Positions 23,695-34,923 of a DNA stretch of 64,000 nucleotides are shown piece after piece. The position numbers and the translations under genes were made by a program. Positions within the stretch are counted from its first letter, which is position 1. The number at the start of each line of letters is the position of its first letter. The notes below the pieces were generated by a model. The model ran no database searches and was not told the DNA's origin. It saw nothing but the letters and a program-made list of their open reading frames with translations. The stretch spans positions 372,001 to 436,000 of the forward strand of contig MCFH01000033.1 in NCBI GenBank assembly GCA_002104945.1, in the 5' to 3' direction. Source of the DNA: Piromyces finnis finn. Its lineage: Eukaryota; Fungi; Neocallimastigomycota.

Positions 23695-25026
23695 ATGACT
23701 GAAACAACATATCCTACTGCTTCAAATATAAGACTTTTAGTATCAGGTATATTGTAAAAAAATATTCGATAAAAAGAGGAAATAAAATAGAAAATAGAAA
23801 TATATATTAAAAAATAAAAAAGAAATTCAATTTCAAAATTGTTTTTTTTTTTTTTCCTTATAATTCTCATTCATAATTACTTTTTTTATTATAACAATAT
23901 ATAAACGTTTTTCTCTTTATTTTATATATTAAATTATTAAAAAATAACTTTTAATATTATGTTAATATGTTAATATATATATATTTTTTGTAAAAAAAAA
24001 AGATGTTGATGGTACATTATTAAATTCAAAAGGTCAACTCTCAGAAAAAACTATAGAGGTAATTCAAAAAGTTACCAAACAATACCCATTAGTAAAGTTT
24101 GTTATTTCTACTGGAAAATCAGAACACGCCATTCAACCTCTTCGTGACCAACTTAAACTTAATGATACTCCCAATCATCCTACTTCTTGTATTAATGGTT
24201 GTGTCATTTATAATGAAAATAACAAGGTTATTAAAGAATACATAATTCCACCAGAATCAGTCATTGATATTATTAATTTATGTGAAAATTATTTAAAAGA
24301 CAAAACCCTTTTCAGTTTTGGTTGCTATTCCAGAAATGATATGATTTTTATTAGAAAAGACTTCCATTATCATCGTTTACGCGATTTTTACAATGAAAAT
24401 ACTGTTTATATAGAAAGAGAAGAGTTCTTCCAAAGAGTTCTTTCAAGTGACATTTCTATTAATAAAATATGTATTTTTAATAAGGATATTGACGTCATTA
24501 AAGGTATATATATATATATACATAAATCATAAATATTATATATTATTATATATTGCTATGCATTTTTATTATTGTTATTACATTGTTATTATGTGTACTT
24601 TTTATTATTGATATTGTTGTTATTATTCAATTATTGATTATTAAACATTTAAATTTTATTAATATATAATATATATTTATTTTTTATATATATAAAGAAT
24701 TTAGAAAAATTAAATTAGAACCTTTTATTGAAACCAATTCAGTTTTATGTATGACCCAAACAGGTGCGGATTGTTTAGAAGTAATGCCAAAGGATGGTAA
24801 TAAAGGTTCTTCCTTAAAAAATTTATTAGAAACTTATCAATTTACTAATGATCAAGTTATTGTATTTGGTGATGGAGAAAATGATATACCTATGTTTGAT
24901 GTTAGTGCCCATGGTGTAGCTATGGAAAATGCAGTAGATTGTTTAAAAGAACATGCTAATTATATTTCAAAAAGTAACGATGAAGATGGTTTAGCTGTAT
25001 TTTTAGAAAAAGTATTCTTATCTTAA
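23695..25026 (+). CDS. Cof-type (HAD-IIB) haloacid dehalogenase-like hydrolase/phosphatase; exons 23695-23746, 24003-24503, 24698-25026
   Basis: Spliced product has motif I LLVSDVDGTLLN, motif II ISTGK, motif III K (GNKG) and motif IV FGDGENDIPMF...AMENA. Both introns are GT..AG and phase-compatible. Confidence 0.9.
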
Positions 25027-27904
25027 TTTTTTTTTTTTTTATTATAAATATATATATATATTTAAAATTTAAAATATACTAATAATTTTATAGTGAATTA
25101 TATCATGAAAAGACTTTTAATATTTATATAAAAGATGTACTTTTATAAATGTTAAAAAATTCTTTTTGTGTTATCAAGAAAGTTTTAATTATTAAAATAA
25201 GAATAATGTTTAATAAGGGAAAGATCAGTTTCTCACAAGTTTATAAATTAGAATATTTGAAAGCTTTTTTTTTTTTTTTTTGACTACTCTTCAAAAACAG
25301 GAAATTGAAATAAATTAATTACTATTAAAAGTATTATATCTTTAAAAGAAATCACAACTATTGCCCACAAAAAATTATGTTTTTTTTTTTTTTTTTTTTG
25401 AAACTAAAAAGAATATTAATATTTATTGTATTTTAAAAAAAAAAAATAATAAAAAGTAAGCGCAATGTATATGTTATTAATATCTTAATTTACTCAAAAA
25501 AAAAAAAAAAAGTATAATAAAATAATTGCATATCAATTAGACAATAAAAAACAAACAAAAAAAAAAAAAAGTAATATATATTAATTATAATTATTAAAAG
25601 GTTATTAATATGTATAAAATATATTTTCAAATCTTATTCATACTTTATTAAAACTGATGCATTTATACAAGGATACCTTTTTTTATTTTATTTTTTTTTT
25701 TTTTTTTTGATGAATATAATGTATATGGCACATCTAAGAATTATGCTTTTAAAGAATTGGATGAATAATTAATAATCCTTCATCCAATTTTTTCCAAAGT
25801 ATAATAATTATTAATTATATATATTAAAATTATGAATAAAGAAAAAAAAGTTTTTATTAAGACATTCATTTCTCCTCTAAAAAAGGAACATTATTTTAAA
25901 TAAAAATGTAACATATTAGATAAACTTTAACAAATCAAAAAAAAAAAAAAAGCATTTTATAATATTTTATGCAGTTTTATTATTTTTAAAAAAAAAAAAA
26001 AACCAATATTTTTTTCTTTTAATCATTTAAATAACCATTAAAAATGAATCTCATTAAATGAGAATTTTCATCACCAACCGTTGCCAAAAAAGAAAAAAAA
26101 ATTATTTTTTTTTAATAATTTATAAATTTATCTATAAATAACTTTGAAAAGAAAAATATACTTGTTATTATTGTTACTATTCATAGTAATCATAAAATAA
26201 AAAAAAGTTGTTACTCTAACTATTAAAGTAAAAAAAAAATAAATTTAATAATAAAAAAGGATACATTTGTATGCATTTGTATACAATTATATGTTTCTTG
26301 ATACATTAAAAGTAATTTGTACATTTTATGTATTACATTATTTTATATTAATTAGAACGATATTAATTTAAATTAATTTATTTATAAAAAAAGATTCCAA
26401 AAAAAAAAATAAACTCTTTAATTATTATTTATTTTTTTATATAACGAATATTATTGAAAGAGTTTTTATTAATGAATGACATTCGTAGTTGACATGAAAT
26501 CAACAAATATTATATTCATTGTGATAGATGATTTATACTTTATCTTAGATTTTGGAAGGATTTAGCCAGGATTTCTAGCCAGAGGAAATTTGACCTCTGG
26601 TAAAATTTTAAAGCTTAATACCTTTTCTTTTATATATTATTATTATTATTATGGTAGTTCAATATTTTTATTATTTTTATTTTATAAATATAATTATTAG
26701 AATAAATAAAAAGTAATTCATTGGTTATTTTCATTATTATTAAATCATTAATTTATTATTTATTATTATGGCAATTTAATTTGCGGCTAATGGCAGTTTT
26801 TCAATTATTGTATTTTAATTTGTTAAAAATATCGTGTAACATTGCTATATTTTAATAGAATTAAAATTTATATTTTTCATCTAAATTAATTAAAATTAAA
26901 TTAAATTTAATAGATTAATAATTTTAATATAAATAATTTATATTAACTTTAATAAACAAAAGTTTAAAAAAATAATGAAAGCGAAGGATAAAAAAAATTG
27001 GAAAGTTAAAAATAATTATAAATATTTATAAATCTTTATGAAATTAACATAAAATTAATAATGAACTATAATAAAATATAATATTTATAACATTAATAAT
27101 ATTATAAATAATTCATTACTTTTTCTTCTTTTAACTTTCAACATATCATAAAGGTGTGAATGGTAAAAATTATTATTAAAGTTTCAAGCGTAAATTAAAA
27201 AAATAAATTATTTTTATTTATATCTTTGATTTAAAGTTTAATTTAATTATTAAAACTTTTTTTAATATAATATTATTCTTTCTTAATAATAATTAAAAAC
27301 TAATTAAATAATATTAAATAATAATAATTATTATTATAATTATTAAAAAAAGTTATCAATAAAAAGTTGCTTTGTTTTTGTTTGTTCTACCACCACCACC
27401 ACCACCACCACACAACTATAATTATTATTCTTTTATAATTTTAAAAGATTCTTTTTTTTTTATATACCACAATACTTTTTATAATAATTAGAATTATTAT
27501 CATTAATATGCATATTAATTTTTTTATATATAAAGAAAAAAGTTTCATCTGAATTGTAAAAAAAAAATATAAAATTAAGAAAAAATATAAAAAAAAAAAA
27601 TTATATATTTTGAAAGAAAAAAAAAAAGGTTTTTTTTCTTTTAAAATATATACTAATAATTATTATTTAGTTTATAATATATTATAATATACTATAAAAA
27701 TAAATATTTATTGAATCATTCTTTCAATTAATAACAAGAATAAAATTATTTTTATATAATAAATAATAGATATATATTGTAAATTACAAACAACTTATTT
27801 AAATATAATATAATATAATATAATATAATATTACCATAAAAAATTGTATATATAAATAATTTATTTATTAATCCATATAATTGAAGAAAAAAAAAAAAAA
27901 GAAT

Positions 27905-30775
27905 ATGGCTCGTTTAAATAATTTATTAAAGGGTTTTGCTATGTCCGTATTCGTGACTATGGCTGCCTGTAAGCAATCAATTAACATGAAAACTTTAGTA
28001 TTATCTACAGCTAATAGTGAAAATGAAGCTATTACTCTTAATTTAAATTCATATGGTATTCCATTTGATATTATTGAATTTTCATCTTTGAATACCTTAA
28101 CTGGAAATTTAACATTATATAATGAAGATAAAGAACCAAAATATAATCTTATTGTTGTTAATGGTGGTTATCTTTCCTATGAAAATAATGGTACCTGGGT
28201 AAGTGCATTAAATGCTGAACAATGGTCTTACTTGGAAGAATATGAAGCTAAAAATAGTGTTCGTAGAGTTGTTATCTCTGAAGATATTTCTTACAACAAA
28301 GAAATTAAATTACAAGATCAAAATAATTGGGGTGAAACTAAAGTTCATCAAGATTTAATTGTTGACACTTCCGATGAAATTAAAAATATTTTCAAGGATG
28401 CTAGAGTAAAGATGACATTACCATTGGATGTTAATGGTATTTACCATAATCGTGTTGAAATCGTCAATACCAACACCACCAAGCCTTTCTTATACTACAA
28501 TGATAATGGTGAAAAGGGTGCTATTGCTGCTACCATTTCTACCTTCCCAGATGGTCGTGAAAAGATGAGTTTCTTCTTTGGTTTCGGTTCCTGGTCTCAA
28601 AGTAGTATTATGATTGGTCATTTATGGTTAACTTGGGGTACTCGTTCTTTATTTAATGGTTTCCGTCGTGTTTACTTTACTCCACATATTGATGATGTTT
28701 TCTTATCTACTGAATTGGTCGATCTTAAGAATAATGAAGTATTCACTGAAGAAAGTGAAATCTTCCGTACAACTACCTTAGATTACCAAAAAATCGCTCA
28801 ATTCCAAAAAGATGTTTTAGAAATCATGCCAGAAGGTTCCTTCTACAGAGTTGAATTAGCTTTCAATGGTAATGGTTTATTACTTAATGTTGACTACGAT
28901 GAAGCTCTCGAAGTTGATGGTGAACGCTATGTTGACTTGGAATTTGTTAAAGAACCAGGTACTGGTGATAAACGTTGGCCAAAAGAAAATTACAAATTCT
29001 CTTCAAAACAACTTAGTACTTTCCAAAAGGATGACCTCTACCAATACTTTGCTAACAATGTTACTGCCCAAAAAGAATTCTTCTGGAGTTCTCACACCTT
29101 CTCTCACGAAAATTTAGATAATGCTTCTAGAACTGATGTTGACAACGAAATTCGCTTAAACATCGAAGTTGCTGATATGTTAGGTCTTCGTGATAAGGAA
29201 TACTGGTCAGGTGGTTCTATTATTACCCCACAAATTTCTGGTCTTCACAACAAGGATGCTCTTGAAATCTTCCAACAATACGGTATTTTCTCTGCTACTG
29301 GTGATCTTAGTCGTCCAGCTATTTGTAATGTTGCTAACCCATACCTTCCTTACTACACTACCTTAGAAAGTAGTAATCTTGAAGGTTTCCCAGTTGTTCC
29401 ACGTACTCCAACCGAAATCTATTACTTCTGTTCCACTAGAGATGAAAATGCTTGGATGTACAACCAAATTTACCACAACTACTTCGAAGGAGATTCTACT
29501 TGGGATGAAATTGCTGAACGTGAAAGTAAACGTACTCTACTTTTAATGACTAAACTTCGTCATGAAGCTCACCAATTCCATCAAGCTAACCTTCGTTATT
29601 ACAAGAAAGAAGGTGAATATGGTGAATCTCTTCTTGAAGATTGGACTAGAAGTGTTGTAAAGTTATACACTCAATACGTTGACTGGCCATTAATTTCAAT
29701 TAAAATGGACGATCAAGCCAAAACTTTCATTGAACGTGAAAAGTTGGAAACTTGTGGTCATCAAACAAAGTTAGAAGTTGAAGATAATAAAATTATTGGT
29801 ATTACTATTACTGCTACTAAAGGTGAATGTACCGTACCAATTACTGTTCCAAGTGGTGTTAATAAATCTACTCTTCCTTCTGATGCTACTCTTGAACAAA
29901 TTGGTAAGGATCCATTAACAGTCTGGATTCCATTAAAAAAGGGTGAATCAAAATCTATTCAATTAGAACCAGCTCTTGAATGGAATGTTGTTGAAGAAAC
30001 TATTCCAGTTGAACCAACCACTACTATTATCGAATCAACTAATCCAGCTGAACCAGTAACCACTGCTGTTGAACAAACAACTGTTATTGATGAACCAGTT
30101 ACTACTGTTGTTGAAGAAACTACAACTACTGTTACTATTGTTGTTGAACCAACTACTTCTGTTGAACCAACTACAACCACTACTACTACTACAACTGTTA
30201 AGCCAACTACTACTACCACCACTACTACTACCACTACTACTACTACAACTGTTAAACCAACTACTACTACAACTGTTAAACCAACTACTACACCATCTGA
30301 AAAATGTAGTAGTGCATGGGGTAAGTGTGGAGGTATTGGTTACACTGGTCCATCATGTTGTGTTGAAGGTTACTACTGTAAGTATTCTAATGACTACTAC
30401 TCTCAATGTGTTCCAGGAACTGCTGCTGAAACTACCACTACTAAAAAGACTACTACTACCACCACAAAGAAAACTACTACTACCACTACTAAAAAGACTA
30501 CTACTACCACCACAAAGAAAACTACTACTACCACTACTAAAAAGACTACTACTACCACCACAAAGAAAACTACTACTACCACTACTAAGAAAACTACTAC
30601 TACTACCACTAAGAAGACTACCACTACTACTGCTAAACCAACAGAAACACAATGTAGTGGAGCCTGGGCTGCATGTGGTGGTGAAGGTTACAAAGGTCCT
30701 TCTTGCTGTGTCTCTGGATACACTTGTGTAAAATTCAATACATGGTATTCTCAATGTATTCCAAAATTAATTTAA
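27905..30775 (+). CDS. Agd3/CE18-like secreted polysaccharide deacetylase, paralog 2, with two C-terminal CBM1 (fungal cellulose-binding) modules; intronless, 956 aa
   Basis: ATG at 27905 precedes a signal peptide. Same HIDD, HTFSH and FHQAN motifs as paralog 1. CBM1 modules CSSAWGKCGGIGYTGPSCC..YYSQC and CSGAWAACGGEGYKGPSCC..WYSQC are separated by a Thr/Lys linker. Confidence 0.9.
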   Translation: MARLNNLLKGFAMSVFVTMAACKQSINMKTLVLSTANSENEAITLNLNSYGIPFDIIEFSSLNTLTGNLTLYNEDKEPKYNLIVVNGGYLSYENNGTWVSALNAEQWSYLEEYEAKNSVRRVVISEDISYNKEIKLQDQNNWGETKVHQDLIVDTSDEIKNIFKDARVKMTLPLDVNGIYHNRVEIVNTNTTKPFLYYNDNGEKGAIAATISTFPDGREKMSFFFGFGSWSQSSIMIGHLWLTWGTRSLFNGFRRVYFTPHIDDVFLSTELVDLKNNEVFTEESEIFRTTTLDYQKIAQFQKDVLEIMPEGSFYRVELAFNGNGLLLNVDYDEALEVDGERYVDLEFVKEPGTGDKRWPKENYKFSSKQLSTFQKDDLYQYFANNVTAQKEFFWSSHTFSHENLDNASRTDVDNEIRLNIEVADMLGLRDKEYWSGGSIITPQISGLHNKDALEIFQQYGIFSATGDLSRPAICNVANPYLPYYTTLESSNLEGFPVVPRTPTEIYYFCSTRDENAWMYNQIYHNYFEGDSTWDEIAERESKRTLLLMTKLRHEAHQFHQANLRYYKKEGEYGESLLEDWTRSVVKLYTQYVDWPLISIKMDDQAKTFIEREKLETCGHQTKLEVEDNKIIGITITATKGECTVPITVPSGVNKSTLPSDATLEQIGKDPLTVWIPLKKGESKSIQLEPALEWNVVEETIPVEPTTTIIESTNPAEPVTTAVEQTTVIDEPVTTVVEETTTTVTIVVEPTTSVEPTTTTTTTTTVKPTTTTTTTTTTTTTTTVKPTTTTTVKPTTTPSEKCSSAWGKCGGIGYTGPSCCVEGYYCKYSNDYYSQCVPGTAAETTTTKKTTTTTTKKTTTTTTKKTTTTTTKKTTTTTTKKTTTTTTKKTTTTTTKKTTTTTTKKTTTTTAKPTETQCSGAWAACGGEGYKGPSCCVSGYTCVKFNTWYSQCIPKLI
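30430..30630 (+). repeat. Coding minisatellite encoding the (TTTTTTKK)n linker between the two CBM1 modules
   Basis: 24-bp units, alternating ...actactaaaaag and ...accacaaagaaa variants; 7 KK pairs. Confidence 0.9.
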
Positions 30776-31139
30776 AATAGTATAAATATATAATATTTTT
30801 TCTGTTAAATAATAATAAATCTGTTAATAATAAAAATAATAAAAAAATATAAATATAATTAATAATAATAATAATAACAATTAAAAAATAATATATAATA
30901 TAAATATCAAATATATGGAATTGCTTTTATATTTAATAGCAATACTTAATCATAATTATACTTATATAATTATTAAGAATAAAACATAAATATAATAAAA
31001 TATAAATAAATAAAAACATAAATTTTAAAATGTAATTTATGCAAATGCCTATTCATGAAATTATGAAAAAGGGTTATTTTATATATATATAAATTTTTTA
31101 TTTTAAATTTTTCTAAAAATATTTATTATAATTAAAAAT

Positions 31140-31569
31140 AAACCTGATGAGTATAAAAGTATAGTTGAAATAACAAACGTATATTTTATAAATATATGTT
31201 TGTTATTTCAAGTTTATTAAAATTTTATAAAAGTAATATGTCTAAGTTTAATAAACTTGAAATAATAAACACATACAAATATTCAAACCTAATGAGTATA
31301 AAAGTATAGTTGAAATAACAAACGTATATTTTATAAATATATGTTTGTTATTTCAAGTTTATTAAAATTTTATAAAAGTAATATGTCTAAGTTTAATAAA
31401 CTTGAAATAATAAACACATACAAATATTCAAACCTGATGAGTATAAAAGTATAGTTGAAATAACAAACGTATATTTTATAAATATACGTTTGTTATTTCA
31501 AGTTTATTAAAATTTTATAAAAGTAATATGTCTAAGTTTAATAAACTTGAAATAATAAACACATACAAA
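31140..31569. repeat. About 3 tandem copies of a 145-bp palindromic unit
   Basis: CT(G/A)ATGAG anchors at 31144, 31289 and 31434. Each unit has a 22-bp-arm inverted repeat (3-nt loop) overlapping a second 19-bp-arm inverted repeat. Units differ by 1-2 nt. Confidence 0.95.
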
Positions 31570-33657
31570 CATTTATATATATTTTTTTATAATTATGATT
31601 ATATATATATTTTTTTTTCGTTATAGCTTTACTTTTTAAATTTATTATTAAAACCATTTCATGTAATAATATTATTAAGCCATAGGTAGAGTTGAAACTG
31701 GTGATAATATTAAAGTAATTAATTCCCTTGTTACAAGGCAAGGACTATTTTTTGATTTAACTAAATCATCAAACATATTTACCTGGACTATTTAATGCTC
31801 AAGATAAATATTTAGCCATAAATATAAATGTAGTGTATTCTCTTTTTTTTTTTTCATCAATCCCTAAACCGTATACATCTCTAATGGTTCTATTCTTAGA
31901 TAACCAGTATATATATATAATTTGAATAACTATTACCAGTTTTAGTCATAAGACCAGTTTGTATTTTTGTCATTTAGTTTGTTAAATAATTTATTAAGAA
32001 CTAGTTAATTTAGATGACGAATATTATTCAAATTCAATATAATTGTAGTGGTATTAATTGTAAATTGTTTTTTTTAATGGTTGCAAATAATTCCGATATT
32101 TTATTTAAAGAATTTATTACTGATAATTCTTTTTAGTAATATTTAATTTTATTATATATTAAACCCATGTAAATAATAATTAATAAAATTAAATAAGATG
32201 TAATTTTAGGTACTTATGACGCATCGATATAATTATAAGCAACATTGACAAATCCTAATATAACAATTAAAATATAAAAAATTAAATAAATATTGACTGA
32301 AGACATTTTTTCCTCTCCTATTTATGTTATTTAAAGATTTATAGTTTATTTCAAATCGAATATTATTTTTTAAAAAAGCAAGAACATGTATTATCGCTAA
32401 TTTTCAATGATAAATTGTTTATATATATTATCATTTGATTCTACTTGTATAAATTAATATATTCATTTGATCATATCTCTTATCTATATATTATGTGATA
32501 TATAATTATAATTTATTTTATATTATATTATGACTAATTATTTTTTGATATAATATATTATTATATATTATCTTAATATATAATTTAATTTTAATTGTAT
32601 TTCTAATATTTGTATAATATTGTATACAATGTACTCATAATGTATTTAATTTAAATAAAGTGATTTTTAATAATTAATAAAGTTCTTGGTCTATTATAGG
32701 CTTTATATTCATTTTTTAAAAAAAAAAAAAATTTTTAATTAATTTTTTTTTTTTATAACTTTAAAAAAATTGATAAACCTATTAATTGAAATAAAATTAA
32801 TAGATGTTAAGTAGTTAAATAGTAAATGTGAAAAATAAATTTACTACGACGTTCAAGAACATAAATGTAAAGATAAAAAAGAAGAAGAAAATAAAAGATA
32901 GTATTTAAAAGAAATTAAAAATATTAATATTAATTTTATATTAATAAATCGTCATTAATTCAATCCAATAATCCAATATAAATAGATATTTTAAATTTTT
33001 ACTTTTTATCAATATATCCACACTTTTTACATTTACATTAATATAGTATAAACTTTTGTTACGAGTTTTAAAGTTTTGTTTACTTATAGCAATTTTTTAA
33101 AAAATCTCGCAATATGACAGACAATCTATAAAATAGTCATATAATTATAAATATTGTAAATTATGAAATAGTAAAAATTAATTTATTTAAATCTATAAAT
33201 TTAACAAGTTTATTGTATAAAAAAAAAAAAAAAAGTCATATAATCTAGTCTATTATATTATTTATACTTATATTTTATTACTGCATTAGCATTACTCTTA
33301 TAACTAAATATAATCATAAAGAAAATTTATTTATTTATTAAAAAATAATACTATTAGAGACTTTTTACTTTTAATCATAAAAAACATAGAATCTTTTTTT
33401 TCTTTTTTTTTTATTACTTATTTTTATTATTAATAAAAAAGAAAAAAGAAAAAAAAAAAAGAGAAATAAAATCTAAAGTAGTATTTTTTAATAAAATAGT
33501 ATTTATTATATTAATATTCAATAAAAATATATAGTTTACTATCACGAACTTTATACTTTTCAAATCAAAATAAAAAAAAATAGTAAAAATAAAAATAATT
33601 AAATAGATCATCAGTATTACAAAAGAAATTATTATAATATAGTAAAAATAATTCAAA

Positions 33658-34923
33658 ATGGAATCGGAAAATAATAATAATAAAAAGCACGAACATCAAC
33701 ATAAAGAAAATACAAATGAACATTATTATTGTACATGTCATTTATGTGATTCAGAGTATGATTCAGAGTATGATAGTGAATATGATAGCGAATATACTTA
33801 TTCTGATGATAGTTACTCAGAATGGGAAGATGAAAGTGTGGTTGATGAAGATTTATGGAGTGATCCTGAATATATTAATGAAGCAATACTTAATATGAGA
33901 CCTCATTCTGGTTGGGATTCAACAACGATACCAAGAAATAGATATCATCTTCCAGAGTCAGTTTTACAAAATAACAGAAATGTAAATTTTTACGTCAATG
34001 AAATTAATAATCAATCAAGGGATAGAAGTGACAATTTATTAGAGCAACCTTCTACTCGACAATTACTTGATATACCAAATCATTCAAGGGAATCCACTTC
34101 TTCAAGCTCAACTTTAAATAACTCAACGAGCGAGGAAAACAATAATAATGGTGAAACTCATAATCTCAATGAAAACAATAGAAATAGTAACATAAGAAAC
34201 CGTCATCACAACAATAACAACAATCAAAATAGACATAATAGTAGTAATAATGATAATGACGATGATGATGGCAATAACAATAATAGACCAAATATTAGAA
34301 GAAATAACACAAATCGTAGTAATAGACCAAGAAAATCAAAAAGAAAGGCATTCTTTTCTCATTTAATGTTTGTAGTAGCTTTAGTAAGTACATTAGCATT
34401 AGTATTATTTGTCCAACTCTTTGGTTATATTTTAACTGCTGCTGATCAAGCAAGAGACGTTACTTTAAGATTATCTAATTATAATAGACGCCAAACTGTA
34501 ATGGATAATAACGAAAGAGTAAATGAAAATGAAAATGATGAAAATACTCGATCCACTGAAAATCCATCATCATCAATTCCAAATGTAGACCCGGATATTG
34601 TATTCACTGAAGAAGTTTTAGATATAAATACAACAAATGATGATAATGAGGAAGGAAATAAGACAGAGGAAGAAGAGGAAGAAGAAGAAAAGGATAAGGA
34701 GAAAAAGAAAAAGAAAAAAGAAGAAAAAGAGAAAAATGAATTTTTAGCACATTTATCCTCATTAAGAGCAGCTCAAGCTATGGCTGGAACTAATCAAAAT
34801 CCTAATCGCGTCAATGACGCAACCCGCATTAACGATCCAACACGTATGTCAAATCCATCTAATCGTATAGCATCCTACCTTTCTAACTACGTCTATTATA
34901 ATTCAGATATCTACTCTCCATAG
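33658..34923 (+). CDS. Hypothetical low-complexity protein with one predicted transmembrane helix
   Basis: 421-aa intronless ORF with ATG after an A-rich leader. Hydrophobic run AFFSHLMFVVALVSTLALVLFVQLFGYIL follows a basic stretch; acidic and Asn-rich segments. No family recognised. Confidence 0.7.
   Translation: MESENNNNKKHEHQHKENTNEHYYCTCHLCDSEYDSEYDSEYDSEYTYSDDSYSEWEDESVVDEDLWSDPEYINEAILNMRPHSGWDSTTIPRNRYHLPESVLQNNRNVNFYVNEINNQSRDRSDNLLEQPSTRQLLDIPNHSRESTSSSSTLNNSTSEENNNNGETHNLNENNRNSNIRNRHHNNNNNQNRHNSSNNDNDDDDGNNNNRPNIRRNNTNRSNRPRKSKRKAFFSHLMFVVALVSTLALVLFVQLFGYILTAADQARDVTLRLSNYNRRQTVMDNNERVNENENDENTRSTENPSSSIPNVDPDIVFTEEVLDINTTNDDNEEGNKTEEEEEEEEKDKEKKKKKKEEKEKNEFLAHLSSLRAAQAMAGTNQNPNRVNDATRINDPTRMSNPSNRIASYLSNYVYYNSDIYSP

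Noticed and set aside
27881-27904. Upstream TTG start giving MKKKKKKN
   Set aside because: Poly-A leader. The ATG at 27905 directly precedes the signal peptide.
31144-31215. Canonical hammerhead ribozyme
   Set aside because: CTGATGA and GAAA are present, but the G10.1-C11.1 pair is missing and no NUH is followed by a strand that pairs with the sequence 5' of CUGA. Kept only as a degenerate possibility.
31140-31569. CRISPR array
   Set aside because: Units are fully repeated with no unique spacers, there are no cas genes, and the context is eukaryotic. The same applies to 1611-1857.
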